Assembly: GCA_963838125.1 (NCBI GenBank)
Contig: CAWIPT010000004.1
Span: 10,232 to 74,231 of the forward strand
Source: an uncultured Chloroflexia bacterium
GTDB lineage: Bacteria > Chloroflexota > Limnocylindria > QHBO01
DNA: 64,000 nt
Direction: 5' to 3'
Position 1 is the stretch's first letter. Each line of letters starts with the position of its first letter. Of this stretch, positions 50,454 to 61,187 are shown piece after piece. The notes under the pieces are model-generated. The model made no database searches. It had not been told where the DNA came from and worked only from the letters and a program-made list of their open reading frames with translations. A program made the translations under genes and the position numbers.

Positions 50454-51476
50454 ATGCTGGCGGTCCGGACGTACGCCGCCGGCGAGCCATTGCGGCTCGA
50501 GGACGTGCCCGTGCCCACGCCCCGTGGCACCGAGATCCTGGTCCGCGTGGCGGGGGCCGGGGTGTGCCATACCGACCTCCACATCGCCCGGACCGACCGG
50601 ATCCGCGTGGAGCGGCCGGTGACCCTGGGCCACGAGGTGGCCGGCTGGATCGCGGGCATGGGAGCCGATGCCGGTGGCCTTCTCCGCAAGTCCCGGCTCA
50701 AGGAGGACGAGCCGGTCGCGGTGTTCGGCGGCTGGGGCTGTGGCGAGTGCCGCGACTGCAAGCGCGGCGACGAGCAGCGGTGCGAGAAGAGCCGTGCGCC
50801 CGGGTTCCAGGTAGACGGCGGCTACGCCGAGTACCTGCTCGTTCCGCACCCTCGCCACCTCGTGTCGTTGGGCAAGCTCGATCCGGTGGAGGCGGCGCCG
50901 TTGGCGGACGCGGCAGTGACCTCGTTCCGTGCCGTCCGACGGGCGGCCCCGTGGCTGGGCGAGGGGTCGCGTGCCCTGCTCATCGGTCTGGGGGGCGTTG
51001 GCCAGTTCGCCCTCCAGTTTCTTCGCCGGCTGCCGGAGGTGTTCATCGGCGTCCGCGAGATCGACCCGGACAAGGTCCAGCGTGCAGCGGAGCTGGGCGC
51101 GGACGTGGGATTCCTGTCAGGTGAGGAGGAGCTGATCTTCACCGGCATGGGCGGGCCGGCCGATGTCGTCTTCGACTTCGTGGGATCGGACGAGACGTTG
51201 GCCCTCGCGGCCCGATTCGTGGCACCCGGCGGGCTGGTGTCCCTAGTCGGCGAGGCGGGCGGCGCGCTGACGTTCGCCTTCGAGTCGCTCCCGCCGGAAG
51301 CGTCGCTTACGACGACGTCCTGGGGCTCGCACGACGACCTGCGCGACGTGGTCCAGCTGGCCCGCCGCCATAGCCTGCACTGGCGCGTGGACCGCATGCC
51401 GTTGGTCGAGGCCGCGGCAGCCCACGATCGGCTGGCCGCCGGTCAGGTCCCCGGAAGGCTGGTCCTCGTCCCCTAG
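50454..51476 (+). CDS. NAD(P)-dependent Zn alcohol dehydrogenase
   Basis: GVCHTD, GHE, CGECRDC..C, APLADA, GLGGVG. Confidence 0.92.
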   Translation: MLAVRTYAAGEPLRLEDVPVPTPRGTEILVRVAGAGVCHTDLHIARTDRIRVERPVTLGHEVAGWIAGMGADAGGLLRKSRLKEDEPVAVFGGWGCGECRDCKRGDEQRCEKSRAPGFQVDGGYAEYLLVPHPRHLVSLGKLDPVEAAPLADAAVTSFRAVRRAAPWLGEGSRALLIGLGGVGQFALQFLRRLPEVFIGVREIDPDKVQRAAELGADVGFLSGEEELIFTGMGGPADVVFDFVGSDETLALAARFVAPGGLVSLVGEAGGALTFAFESLPPEASLTTTSWGSHDDLRDVVQLARRHSLHWRVDRMPLVEAAAAHDRLAAGQVPGRLVLVP

Positions 51477-54400
51477 GGCGCGGTCGCCGCTCCGAGTTCG
51501 GCGAGCTGTTTCCGCGTTGCGTCCGCGCCGACCAGGTGACCTTTCTGCTCGTAGAGCTCGAGCGCGCTTCGGAGCTCACGGATGGCCTCCTCCTCGCGGC
51601 CGGCGAGATGCAACACCTCGGCAAGGTCTGCATGTGCGCGAGCCATCCAGTCGAGGTAATCAGTCCCATCGAACGACGCGACGGCTTGTCGTCCCAGCCG
51701 CTCCGCCTCCTCGAATGCCCCTCTCCGCGCGAGGACACGAGCCGCGACCCCCAGCGCTGGTCCCTTCGCTGCAGGATCATCCTCGACGCCGATCTCGCGA
51801 GCGACCGTGGCCCAGTGGTCCGCTTCCTCGTCACGCCCGAGTTCCAGCATTGCCTGGGCAAGGTGCGCGGCGACGGTGTTCGCGAAGCCTGCGAAACCAT
51901 GCGCAATCATCCACTCATAGCCGGCAAGCTCCAGTTCTGCCGCGCGCGTCGCGTTGCCCGCAAGGAGCTCCACTGGACCCATGAAGTGACCTTGCACCGC
52001 TGAGATGACGTAGGCATTGCCCAGCTCCTGGCTGCTGGCCATCGCTGCCTCCAGCTCATCACGGGCTTCGGCAAAGCGTCCCTGCTCTGCCAGCAGCGCG
52101 CCACGACTGCGTGCCACGCGGTTCGCTGCCCACTGCGACGTTCGAACCTGGATAGCAAGCTCGTCCATGAGCTCGAGGGCTTCGGGTATTGGCATCGGAC
52201 CCCAGTAGGCGGCCGCTGACATCCATCCCAGCAGATCGTCGCGGATCCTGCTGTGGGGTAGGACCGCCGCCTGAAGTTGCTGCAGGAGCTCCAGCGCGCT
52301 TGCGGCGTGACCGTTGAAGAAGCGGAGCTTTGCCACCTGGAGGCCGGCAAGCCCCGCCCCCTCCTGATCGCCCATGGCTCCAAGCTCCCGATGAAGCCGC
52401 GCGGCGTCAGCCTCGAGAACCTGGATCGGTTCCTTCGCCAATGAGACGCGAGCGTTGAGGCGGAGTGCCTCGGCCATTGCAGCGGAACGCTGGTCGCCGA
52501 CCTGGTCGGCAATTGCGCGTGTCGCCTGAAGGTACGCATCGGCCTCCTCGACCGTGGTTGCGAGCAGTGCCTCGCCTGCCATGAGACGCCAGGGCAGGGT
52601 CGAGCCCGGATCGGCGTCGACCAGGATGACCGCTCGCTGGAGAAGGTTGGATGCAGCTGTACTGTCCCCCCGATCCAGCGCGGCGCTACCAGCCTCCGCG
52701 AGATGGTCCGCCGCCCGGCGGGCGAGCCCAGGCAGCGCGGGGTCGGACGCATCCAGCTCGCGACGATATCGGACCGCTTGCTCCAGGTGGTAGGCCAGGA
52801 TGGGCCGGTATTCATTGATACGGTCACCTAGCGCGCTCTCGAGCCAGTCGGCGTAGCGCTCGTGGAGCTCGGCGCGGCTCTGCTTGGCAATCGCCTGGTA
52901 CGCGGCATCGCGGATGAGCTGGTGGCGGAATCGAAATGCCTCTCGGCCCGTGAGTTCCGCGCGGTCCGGGGAAACGAACTCGCGGCGGGTCAACGTCTGC
53001 AGGCTCGGGCCGACCGCCTCCTGGAGTCCCTCCGGGGTGAGCGCCGCTACCGCCTCGCGATGGAACACGGTTCCCTCCACCGAACCGCGCTCCAGGATCG
53101 CGCGATCCGCACCAGCCAAACCGTCGAGACGGGCCGACAGCAGGGCCTGGATGGTGGGCGGGACCGCCAGGCTGGCGAGGTCGCGACTGGCCGTCCAGTT
53201 GCCATTGCTGCGGGCCAGCGCGCCCTCGTCGATCAGCATCTCCAGCAGCTCCTCGACGAAGAGCGGATTGCCCTCGGCGGCGGCTCGGATGCGGTCGAAG
53301 ATAGTCGACGGAAGCTGGGCCTGGCCCAGGAGGTTGTCGATGAGCTGGGTCGTCTCGTCGGCGTTCAGCGGTTCGAGGGAGATGCTGGTCGCGGATCGCT
53401 TGCCGCCGCCCCAGGCCGGGCGCAGTTCGAGCAGCTCCTGGCGCGCGAGGACGATCAAGAGGATCGGAGCGTCGCGCGACCAGTCGGCGATGTGCTCGAC
53501 CAGATCCAGCAGCAGGGGCTGGGCCCACTGCAGGTCGTCCAGGACAACAACCAGCGGCTGTTCGGCAGCAAGCGCCTCAAGGAAGGACCGGATTGCCCAC
53601 GGTGTCTCGTCGGGAACCGGTTCTCCCCGGGTCAGACCGATGGCTTCGCCCACTCGCTCCGTGATCCGGTCGCGGTCCGGGTTCTCGCCCAAAACGGCGC
53701 CGATGCGAGCGACGTCGGCAGCCGGGTCGCCGCCGGGAGCTCCACCGATACCGGTCGCCTCGCGCACGATCTCTGCGACTGGCCAGTAGGTGATCCCCTC
53801 GCCGTAGGACAGGCAGCGCCCGCGTACCACGCGAGCGCCGTCGCCAAGGGAAGCGATGAACTCGTTCACCAGCCTCGACTTCCCAACGCCGGCCGCGCCC
53901 AGGATGGTGAACAGGTGACAGATGCGCTCGTCGCGAGCCTCGGCGAACGCCTCGTCCAGCAACCGGCGCGGTCGCTCGCGCCCGACCATCGGCGAGTCAA
54001 GCCGTCGCTCATGTCCGGCGGCCAATCGGTCCACCGCGAGCAGTCGCAGCGCCTCGATTGGAGCCTGCCGGCCCTTGACCGTGACCTCGCCCAATGACTC
54101 GACCTCGACCGCGTCGCGGACCAGACGGTGCGTCTCGCCGGTGATCAGGATCTCGCCCGGCTGCGCGGTCTGCTGGAGCCGGGCGGCGACGTTCACCGCG
54201 TCGCCGGTGACCAGCCGCTGACCGCCGGTCGCGTCGCCGGCCACCACCTCGCCGGTCGCGATCCCGGTCCTCCAAGCCACCGTGGCCGATCCGGCGGACC
54301 CGGCGGCATCGGCCAGGGCCTCGCGGATCTCGGCCGCGGCACGAACCGCGCGCAGCGCGTCGTCCTCGTGGACGCGCGGGATGCCGAACACGGCCATCGC

Positions 54401-54685
54401 CGCGTCACCGATGAACTTCTCGACCACTCCGCCGTGGCGCTCGACGATGGCACTGACCCGATCGAACGACCGGGTGAGCAGGCCGCGCAGCGTCTCCGGG
54501 TCGATCTGCTCGCCCATGGCCGTCGATCCGACCAGGTCGCAGAACAGGACGGTCACGGTCTTGCGCGACTCCGCTGCCGGTCCCGCCGCCGCCTCGAGCG
54601 CCGCGCCGCACGAGAAGCAGAACCGGGCCTCGGCCGGGTTCTCCGTCCCGCAGTTCGCGCACACGCGTCCTGGCGCAGCCGTCAT
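51473..54685 (-). CDS. Double zinc ribbon + class III cyclase + AAA/STAND ATPase + TPR protein
   Basis: Start MTAAPGRVCANCG..FCFSCG; FCDLVGST, EKFIGDA, GDAVNVAARLQ; GAAGVGKS, DDLQWA, GNPLFVEE, FRHQLIRDAAY. Confidence 0.9.
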   Translation of the reverse strand: MTAAPGRVCANCGTENPAEARFCFSCGAALEAAAGPAAESRKTVTVLFCDLVGSTAMGEQIDPETLRGLLTRSFDRVSAIVERHGGVVEKFIGDAAMAVFGIPRVHEDDALRAVRAAAEIREALADAAGSAGSATVAWRTGIATGEVVAGDATGGQRLVTGDAVNVAARLQQTAQPGEILITGETHRLVRDAVEVESLGEVTVKGRQAPIEALRLLAVDRLAAGHERRLDSPMVGRERPRRLLDEAFAEARDERICHLFTILGAAGVGKSRLVNEFIASLGDGARVVRGRCLSYGEGITYWPVAEIVREATGIGGAPGGDPAADVARIGAVLGENPDRDRITERVGEAIGLTRGEPVPDETPWAIRSFLEALAAEQPLVVVLDDLQWAQPLLLDLVEHIADWSRDAPILLIVLARQELLELRPAWGGGKRSATSISLEPLNADETTQLIDNLLGQAQLPSTIFDRIRAAAEGNPLFVEELLEMLIDEGALARSNGNWTASRDLASLAVPPTIQALLSARLDGLAGADRAILERGSVEGTVFHREAVAALTPEGLQEAVGPSLQTLTRREFVSPDRAELTGREAFRFRHQLIRDAAYQAIAKQSRAELHERYADWLESALGDRINEYRPILAYHLEQAVRYRRELDASDPALPGLARRAADHLAEAGSAALDRGDSTAASNLLQRAVILVDADPGSTLPWRLMAGEALLATTVEEADAYLQATRAIADQVGDQRSAAMAEALRLNARVSLAKEPIQVLEADAARLHRELGAMGDQEGAGLAGLQVAKLRFFNGHAASALELLQQLQAAVLPHSRIRDDLLGWMSAAAYWGPMPIPEALELMDELAIQVRTSQWAANRVARSRGALLAEQGRFAEARDELEAAMASSQELGNAYVISAVQGHFMGPVELLAGNATRAAELELAGYEWMIAHGFAGFANTVAAHLAQAMLELGRDEEADHWATVAREIGVEDDPAAKGPALGVAARVLARRGAFEEAERLGRQAVASFDGTDYLDWMARAHADLAEVLHLAGREEEAIRELRSALELYEQKGHLVGADATRKQLAELGAATAP

Positions 54686-57600
54686 GCGGTCCACTCGTCG
54701 ATCAGACGCTGCGTGCGCTCGACGTACAAGGTCGCGCCCTTGCGTTCGTACAGGCTGACCGCCTCGCGGGCGGCCGCCACCGCCTCCTCGGCCTTTCCGG
54801 CTTCGCCGAAGAACGTGCGCCAGGTGGACCAGGACGTCCGGCGTGCTGATCGAGGTAGTCGGTCTCGCCCATGATGTCGACGGCCTCACGGGCAAGCGCT
54901 TCCGCCGCCGCGTGCTCGCCGCGCCGCGAAAGGACTCGCGCCTGGACCGCCCGGCCCCCCGCCTGGGAGACCACATCGTCGCTCGACGATGTATCCCTGG
55001 CGATCGCACCGAACCGCCACGCCTCGTCGTCCTGGCCGAGGTCGACGAGGATCTCGCCGAGATTGACGGCGACCGTCGAAGCGAACGACCGGTCACCTAT
55101 GGCCGTCATGGCCTGATACCCCTCACGGGTCAGCCTCGCGGCCTCATCGAGGTTGCCCGCCAGTGCGTTGGATCTGCCCCTCGAAATCGCAGACACGAGG
55201 CCAGCTGCTGCCGGTTTCCGAGCTCCTCGAATGCCGCGCTGGCTGTCGCATTCAATTCGCGCGCCTCGTCGAGCCGCCCTGGAGCGCCATCATGCGTACC
55301 GATGCCCCGGATGGGGCCGAGGATCGCCCGGATGCGTCTCTGGCTGCGCCTGGAGGTCGGCGATTGCCTCCTCCGCAGGCGTGGGGCCGTAGACCATGGA
55401 CACACCCCTCGCCATCCGGGCCTCCCGCTGCCACGGCTCATCCCCATCGCCAAGATCGAGAAGGGCTTGGGCTCGCTCTGCTGCCTCCCCCGCCCGGCCG
55501 AGGGCGAACAGGTTGAACGCAGCGAAGGCGTGCGCCAGACGTGCGCCGGCTTCGTCACCGACCCGATCCAGGATTCCGGCGAGCCGTTCCAGTCTCGCGG
55601 ATTGCATCTGACAACTCGGTCGACGCGTGTCGACATCTGGGACCATGACCAGCATGAGCGCGGCCAGCGCGCTCGCGCCTTCGTCACCGGCGCGATCAGC
55701 GTCGGCGATCGCATCGGTCAGGATGCCGTTCGGCGCGTGGGCGCATCGCCGGCGTCGTAGCACCGGATACGCGAGAGTGATGAGCAGCCTGTCGTCGCCG
55801 GGGAAGGTCTTCCGGCAGCAGCTCGACCGCGCGCTCGAGCAGGTCGACGGTCGCCGACGACGTCGGCGCGGACGGTCAGCGCGCTCGCCGGCGTCTGCCG
55901 AGCAGGGTTCCGGCCCGCAGGGCGAGATCTCGGGCGTGCGCGTCGGGCGGACCCAGCTCCGCCCGATACCGATACGCCTGCTCCAGGTGGTAGGCGATGA
56001 TCTCCTCGTACTTCGATCAGCGCGCTCGGCGGCCACCCGCTCCAGCCATGCTGCGAACCGCTCATGGAGCTCGGATCGGGTCTGCTTGGCGAGTGCCTGG
56101 TAGGCGGCGTCGCGGATGAGCAGATGGCGGAACCGGTAGGCCTCCTCGCCCGCGAACGAGGCCTGGTCCGGCCGGACGCAGCTCCATCCGCATCAGGCTG
56201 GCCAGCCGGTCGCGGAACCTGCCCTCGCATTGGCTCGGGGGCGAGCTCGGTCACGGCCCCCCGGTGGAAGACCTTGCCCTCGACCGATGCTCGCTCGATG
56301 ACCGTCCGCTCCTCCCCGCTGAGCCCGTCCAAGCCGGGCGGCCAGGAGCGCGTGGATGCTGGGCGGGATCGCCAAATGCTGAAGATCGCCCGTCGCCGAC
56401 CAACCGTCGCCGGCTGTCACCAGGAAGCCGTCGTCGATGAGCTTGCCGAGCAGCTCCTCGACGAACAGCGGATTTCCCTCGGCAGCGCGGCTGATCTGGG
56501 CGCGAAGCTCAGCCGGCAGCTCCGCACGGCCGAGCAGGCTGCCGACCAGCTCTTCACTCTCGACGTCGGATAGCGGCTCGAGCGACATCGTCGTCACCCA
56601 GCGTTTGCCTCCGCCCCAGGCCGGCCGCTTCTCCAGGAGCTCGGCGCGGGACATGGCAATGAGCAGAATCGGAGCGTCTCGAGTCCAGTCAGCGATGTGG
56701 TCGATCAGGTCCAGGAAGGTGGGCTCGCCCCAGTGGACGTCGTCGAAGACCAGGATCAGCGGGCGGTGGCGGGCCAGCGCCTCGAAGGTCTTGCGAATGG
56801 CCCAGAAGGTCTCGTCCGGTGCCGGGGGGCTGTCCCGGATGCCGAGGAGTCCCCCCACGATGTCCGCGATCCGCTCGGCTTCCGGCTCCTCGCCCAGCAC
56901 CTCCCGGAGCCGACCCACGGCCATCTCCGAGGCGCCACTCTCCGCGATTCCGACGCCGTGTCTGATAGCCTCCGCCACTGGCCAGTAGGTAATGCCGTGG
57001 CCGTACGCAAGACACCGACCGGCCGCCACTTGTGCCTGGTCGCCAAGAGACGCGACGAACTCGTCCACGAGCCGAGACTTGCCCACCCCGGCCACACCCA
57101 GGATGGTGAACAGGTGGCACACCCGCTCCTCTACGGCCTCGTGGAACGCGTCGTCGAGCAGGCGCAACGGCCGGCGGCGCCCCACGAGCGGAGCCTCCAA
57201 CGGCCGCACGCGGCGTCCGACGGTGCCGCTCACGGCGGTCAGCCGCCAGGCGGCCACCGGCTCCGCCTTGCCCTTCAACGTCAGCGCCTCCACCGGTTCG
57301 GCCGATACGTCCTCGCGGACCAGGGCATGGGTGTCGGCGCCGAGCAGGATCTCCCCCGGAGCGGCCGCACCCTCCAAGCGTGCAGCCACGTTGACCGCGT
57401 CGCCGGTGACGATCCGCTGACCGCTGACCGCGTCGCCGGCCACCACCTCGCCGGTGTTGATCCCCATCCGCCACTCCACGCTCGCGCCGCGTTCGGAGCG
57501 GATGGCCTCGTCCAGCCGGCCCAGCCGGTCGTGGATCTCGATCGCCGCCCGACAGGCCCGCAGCGCGTCGTCCTCGTGGACCGTGGGCACCCCGAAGACG

Positions 57601-57896
57601 GCCATCACCGCATCACCGATGAATTTCTCGACCACCCCGCCGTGGAACTCGATCACCTCGCGCATGACGTCGAAGTAGCGGGTCATGACCGATCGCAGGG
57701 ACTCCGGATCCAGCCGCTCACCGAGGGCGGTGGAGGACGTGGCATCGCAGAACAGGACGGTGACCGTCTTCCGGGTCTCGGCCACCGGCTCGGCGGCCGC
57801 TCCAAGGGGCGTGGCACACGAAGAACAGAACCGCGAACCGGGCTGGTTCGACGCCCCGCAGGCTGGACAGGTGAGCGTCGCTGCTCGTTCCGTCAC
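54682..57896 (-). CDS. Paralogous zinc ribbon + cyclase + STAND ATPase + TPR protein, C-terminal half heavily frameshifted
   Basis: GTG 57896 overlaps the gltX stop; CPACG..FCSSC, FCDATSST, EKFIGDA, GVAGVGKS, DDVHWG, GNPLFVEE; TPR pieces continue to TGA 54682. Confidence 0.85.
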
Positions 57897-59383
57897 GCCG
57901 CCGCACCCGAAACGAGCCGTTCCAGCGCCCTGTTCAGGCGGGCCAGCGTCCCTTCTCGCCCGAGGAGGACCATCGAGCCGAACAGGGGCGGGGAGACGGC
58001 CTTCCCGGTCACCGCGACCCGGAGAGGGCGGAAGAAGTCGCCCGCCTTCCAGCCGAGCCCCTCGGCCGCATCGCGACCAGCGGCCTCGAGCGCCTCGGCG
58101 GTCCAGTCGCTGGCGGACAGCGCATCCAGAGCGGCCGACATGGCCCCGGCCGCCTCGCCGGCCTCCCGGCCCTTCGGCAGCAGGTCGTCGACCGTCCACC
58201 AGGACGCCACAACGTCGTCGGGCTCCGCCAGGAAGCCCGACAGCTCGGCGACATCGGTCAGGCGCACCATCCGCTCCTTCACCAACGGAACCAGCCCGGA
58301 AAGGGCCTCGTCGGACAGCGCCGGCGAGACGAACGGGCGCAGCCGGCTGGCCAGCTCGGCATCGGTCAGGCCGCGGATGTACACCCCGTTGAGGTAGTCC
58401 AGCCGATCCCGATCGAAGACCGCGCCGGCCTTGTGGACTTCGGTGATCTCGAACCGAGCCGCCAGCTCGTCGAGCGTGAACAGCTCCTCCTCGGTGCCCG
58501 GCGACCAGCCCAGGAAGGCGAGGAAGTTGACCATTGCCTCGGGCAGGTAGCCCTGGGCCCGGTAGTCGCTGATCGCGGTCTGCGACTTCCGTTTGCTCAT
58601 CTTCGACCGATCCGGGTTGAGGATGAGCGGGATATGCCCGAACACCGGCTCGCGGTAGCCCAGCGCCCGGATCAGGGCGATGTGCTTGGGCGTGTTCGAC
58701 AGGTGGTCCTCGCCGCGGAGGACGTGGCTGATCTCCATCTGCTCGTCGTCGATGACGACCACGAAGTGGTACAGCGGGCTGCCGTCGGCGCGGACGATCA
58801 CGAAGTCGCCGAGCAGCCCGTTGTCGAACTCCACTTCGCCTCGGATGAGGTCGTCGAAGCGGATGGTCTCCGCCGGGACCCGGAAACGAACCGCCGGACG
58901 GCGACCCTCGGCCTCGAACTGGGCCCGATCGGCATCGCCCAGGTTCAGGCAGCGGCCGTTGTAGCGGGGCGCTTCCTTGCGAGCCTCCTGCTCGCGTCGG
59001 ACGGCGTCGAGCTCCTCGGTCGTGCACCAGCAGTGGTATGCAGCCCCGCTCTGGAGGAGCCGATCCGCCTCGCGGGCGTATCGGTCCAGCCGGAGGCTCT
59101 GGCGGTACGGCGCATACGGACCGATGTCGTCGCCGCCGGCGTGCTGCGGCCCCTCATCCCACGTGATGCCCAGCCAGTGGAGGTTGTCCAGGATGTCGCG
59201 CTCGAACTCGGCGGTGCTGCGGGCAAGGTCCGTGTCCTCGATGCGCAGGACGTACGTGCCCCCGGTATGGCGCGCGAACAGGAAGTTGTACAGGCTGGTG
59301 CGGGCGGTCCCGATGTGGAGCGGCCCCGTCGGGCTGGGCGCCATCCGAACCCGGATCGGTCGGTCGTCAGGCTGAGCGGTCAT
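57893..59383 (-). CDS. gltX: Glutamate--tRNA ligase
   Basis: RMAPSPTG, HIG, LRIEDTD, RGEDH, KMSKR. Confidence 0.97.
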   Translation of the reverse strand: MTAQPDDRPIRVRMAPSPTGPLHIGTARTSLYNFLFARHTGGTYVLRIEDTDLARSTAEFERDILDNLHWLGITWDEGPQHAGGDDIGPYAPYRQSLRLDRYAREADRLLQSGAAYHCWCTTEELDAVRREQEARKEAPRYNGRCLNLGDADRAQFEAEGRRPAVRFRVPAETIRFDDLIRGEVEFDNGLLGDFVIVRADGSPLYHFVVVIDDEQMEISHVLRGEDHLSNTPKHIALIRALGYREPVFGHIPLILNPDRSKMSKRKSQTAISDYRAQGYLPEAMVNFLAFLGWSPGTEEELFTLDELAARFEITEVHKAGAVFDRDRLDYLNGVYIRGLTDAELASRLRPFVSPALSDEALSGLVPLVKERMVRLTDVAELSGFLAEPDDVVASWWTVDDLLPKGREAGEAAGAMSAALDALSASDWTAEALEAAGRDAAEGLGWKAGDFFRPLRVAVTGKAVSPPLFGSMVLLGREGTLARLNRALERLVSGAAA

Positions 59384-59415
59384 GAGCCTGCCGATGGTAC
59401 CCGTCCGACCCCGTG

Positions 59416-60099
59416 CTATCGGTCCAGAAGGTCGGTGACGACGGGCTCGATGGCGTCCACCCACAGGGCGTACTGGGCGCCGCTGGGATGGAGCCCGTCC
59501 TTCGCCACAAGCGAGGTGTCGTCGGCGGCCTGCTGCGAGATGGCGAAGATCTCCGGCACGAACGCGATCCCGCGTGACTCGGCGGCAGCCTGGAACACCG
59601 CGTTGTAACGCGCGATCTGGGCGCTCATCCGGGCCGGGTTGCCGAAGGCAGCGCCCATGGGCGTGACCGTGTAGTCGGGAGTGGCCACCGCCAGGATGCG
59701 GTTCGCCGGCAGCCTCCCCAGCAGGTCATCGAGGATGAACTCCACGTTCTGGCTGTACGTCGATTCCGGCACGCCCTGGACGACGTCGTTGACGCCGATG
59801 AGGACCGAAATGAGCTCGGGACGCAGCCCGTCGAGCTGTGGCAGCTGGTGGAGGATGAGGTCCTCGCTGGTAAACGCGTTGGTGGCCAGGTTGCCGGACA
59901 GCGCCAGGCTCCCGTTGCTACGGTCCACGAGCTGCTGGGGCCAGGTGTCCGCCGGCGCAATCGAGGTTCCGATGGTGTACGAGTCGCCCAGCGCGACATA
60001 GCGGAGCGCGGTTGGACTGACCGATGGACTGACCGATGGGTCCGCCTGGGTGGGCATCGCACAGCCTCCGGACAGAACGAGCGTGATCCCCGCCACCAT
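59416..60099 (-). CDS. SGNH/GDSL hydrolase, probably exported
   Basis: ALGDSYT, IGVND, DGLHP; hydrophobic N-terminus with Cys; start uncertain. Confidence 0.85.
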   Translation of the reverse strand: MVAGITLVLSGGCAMPTQADPSVSPSVSPTALRYVALGDSYTIGTSIAPADTWPQQLVDRSNGSLALSGNLATNAFTSEDLILHQLPQLDGLRPELISVLIGVNDVVQGVPESTYSQNVEFILDDLLGRLPANRILAVATPDYTVTPMGAAFGNPARMSAQIARYNAVFQAAAESRGIAFVPEIFAISQQAADDTSLVAKDGLHPSGAQYALWVDAIEPVVTDLLDR

Positions 60100-60130
60100 C
60101 CACAATAGGGCTCGTCCGGGGCTGGCTCGG

Positions 60131-61180
60131 CTAGGGACGAGCAGCGCCTTCCAGGCTGAAGGACGCTCGCACCTCTCCGACGTCCTCGCCACGGGCCAGG
60201 TCATGGACGGCCGGTGCGGCATAGGCGCCCAGCTGGCTGAGTTCCACCTCGCCCAGGACGCCGACCTGGCGGAGTGCCTCGCAGGTCGACGCTGGTCCAG
60301 CCCGGCGAGCGGCGTCGCCATCTTCGACTTTCACCGCCAGGCCCATGGCCAGGGCATCTCCCGAAGAGACTCCGGGCAGGACCCCAACCGATCGCAACCC
60401 CTCGGCCCCGCCCTTGGCCACCAGCCGGCCCGGAGCCGCTCGCATGAGATCGGTGTCGAACTGGCGTCGCTCGCCCGAGATCAGCTCGGGATAGGCCAGC
60501 ATGGCATCCCGGATGCGGGTCAGCGCCTCGCGCAGGGCCGCATCGGTCAGTCCTGAGGGGTCGGCCAGGTGGGCGAACGCCCGCGCGATGGCGTGCAGCG
60601 GCAGCGCGAAGCTGACCACCCCACAGCCGTCGGTCGCGGTCCCGACCCGGGCCTTCCGCACGCCGGATACAGCCGCGACGACCTCGAGCGCCGCCTGCTG
60701 GGTGGGGTGGTCTGTCTGCCAGTAGGTGTCCACGTCCCACCCGGCCGCCTTGGCGTGGAGAGCCATGGCCGCATGCTTGCCCGAACAGTTGTGACGCAGC
60801 TCGTTTGGCGGCTCGCCGTCCCGGGCCAGGCGCTGGGCCGTCTCCGCGTCGAACGGGGTGTGGGTGCCGCACTGGAGCGCGGATCGGGTCAGGCCACCGG
60901 CGCGCAGCGCGGCCTGGACCAGTCGGACATGGCGATCCTCGCCGGCGTGGCTGGCGGCCATGACCGCCAGGGTCTGCTCCGGGTCGGGAAAATCGTAGGC
61001 GTCGAAGTGACCGGACACCACGAACGGGGCAAGCTGGAACGGCTTCGCCGATGAGCGGAGGAAGACGACCTCGTCCGGGTCACCGAGATGGGCGAGGAGC
61101 GAGCCGTCGGCCTGGGCGACGGCGATGGTCCCGCGGTGCCGGGACTCGACCCGGTTTCCTCGCGTGACCTCGACGAGGAG
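60131..61180 (-). CDS. L-asparaginase II (rhizobial type); start codon not identifiable
   Basis: In-frame upstream extension LLVEVTRGNRVESRHRG..RSSAKP; NCSGKH, DGCG, AKGGAEG. Confidence 0.85.
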   Translation of the reverse strand, partial: LLVEVTRGNRVESRHRGTIAVAQADGSLLAHLGDPDEVVFLRSSAKPFQLAPFVVSGHFDAYDFPDPEQTLAVMAASHAGEDRHVRLVQAALRAGGLTRSALQCGTHTPFDAETAQRLARDGEPPNELRHNCSGKHAAMALHAKAAGWDVDTYWQTDHPTQQAALEVVAAVSGVRKARVGTATDGCGVVSFALPLHAIARAFAHLADPSGLTDAALREALTRIRDAMLAYPELISGERRQFDTDLMRAAPGRLVAKGGAEGLRSVGVLPGVSSGDALAMGLAVKVEDGDAARRAGPASTCEALRQVGVLGEVELSQLGAYAAPAVHDLARGEDVGEVRASFSLEGAARP

Positions 61181-61187
61181 CGGTGGG

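Noticed and set aside
51473-57896. Pycsar or CBASS defence operon
   Set aside because: No adjacent cNMP-binding TIR or TM effector and no CD-NTase; the cyclases are fused to STAND ATPases within a housekeeping operon.
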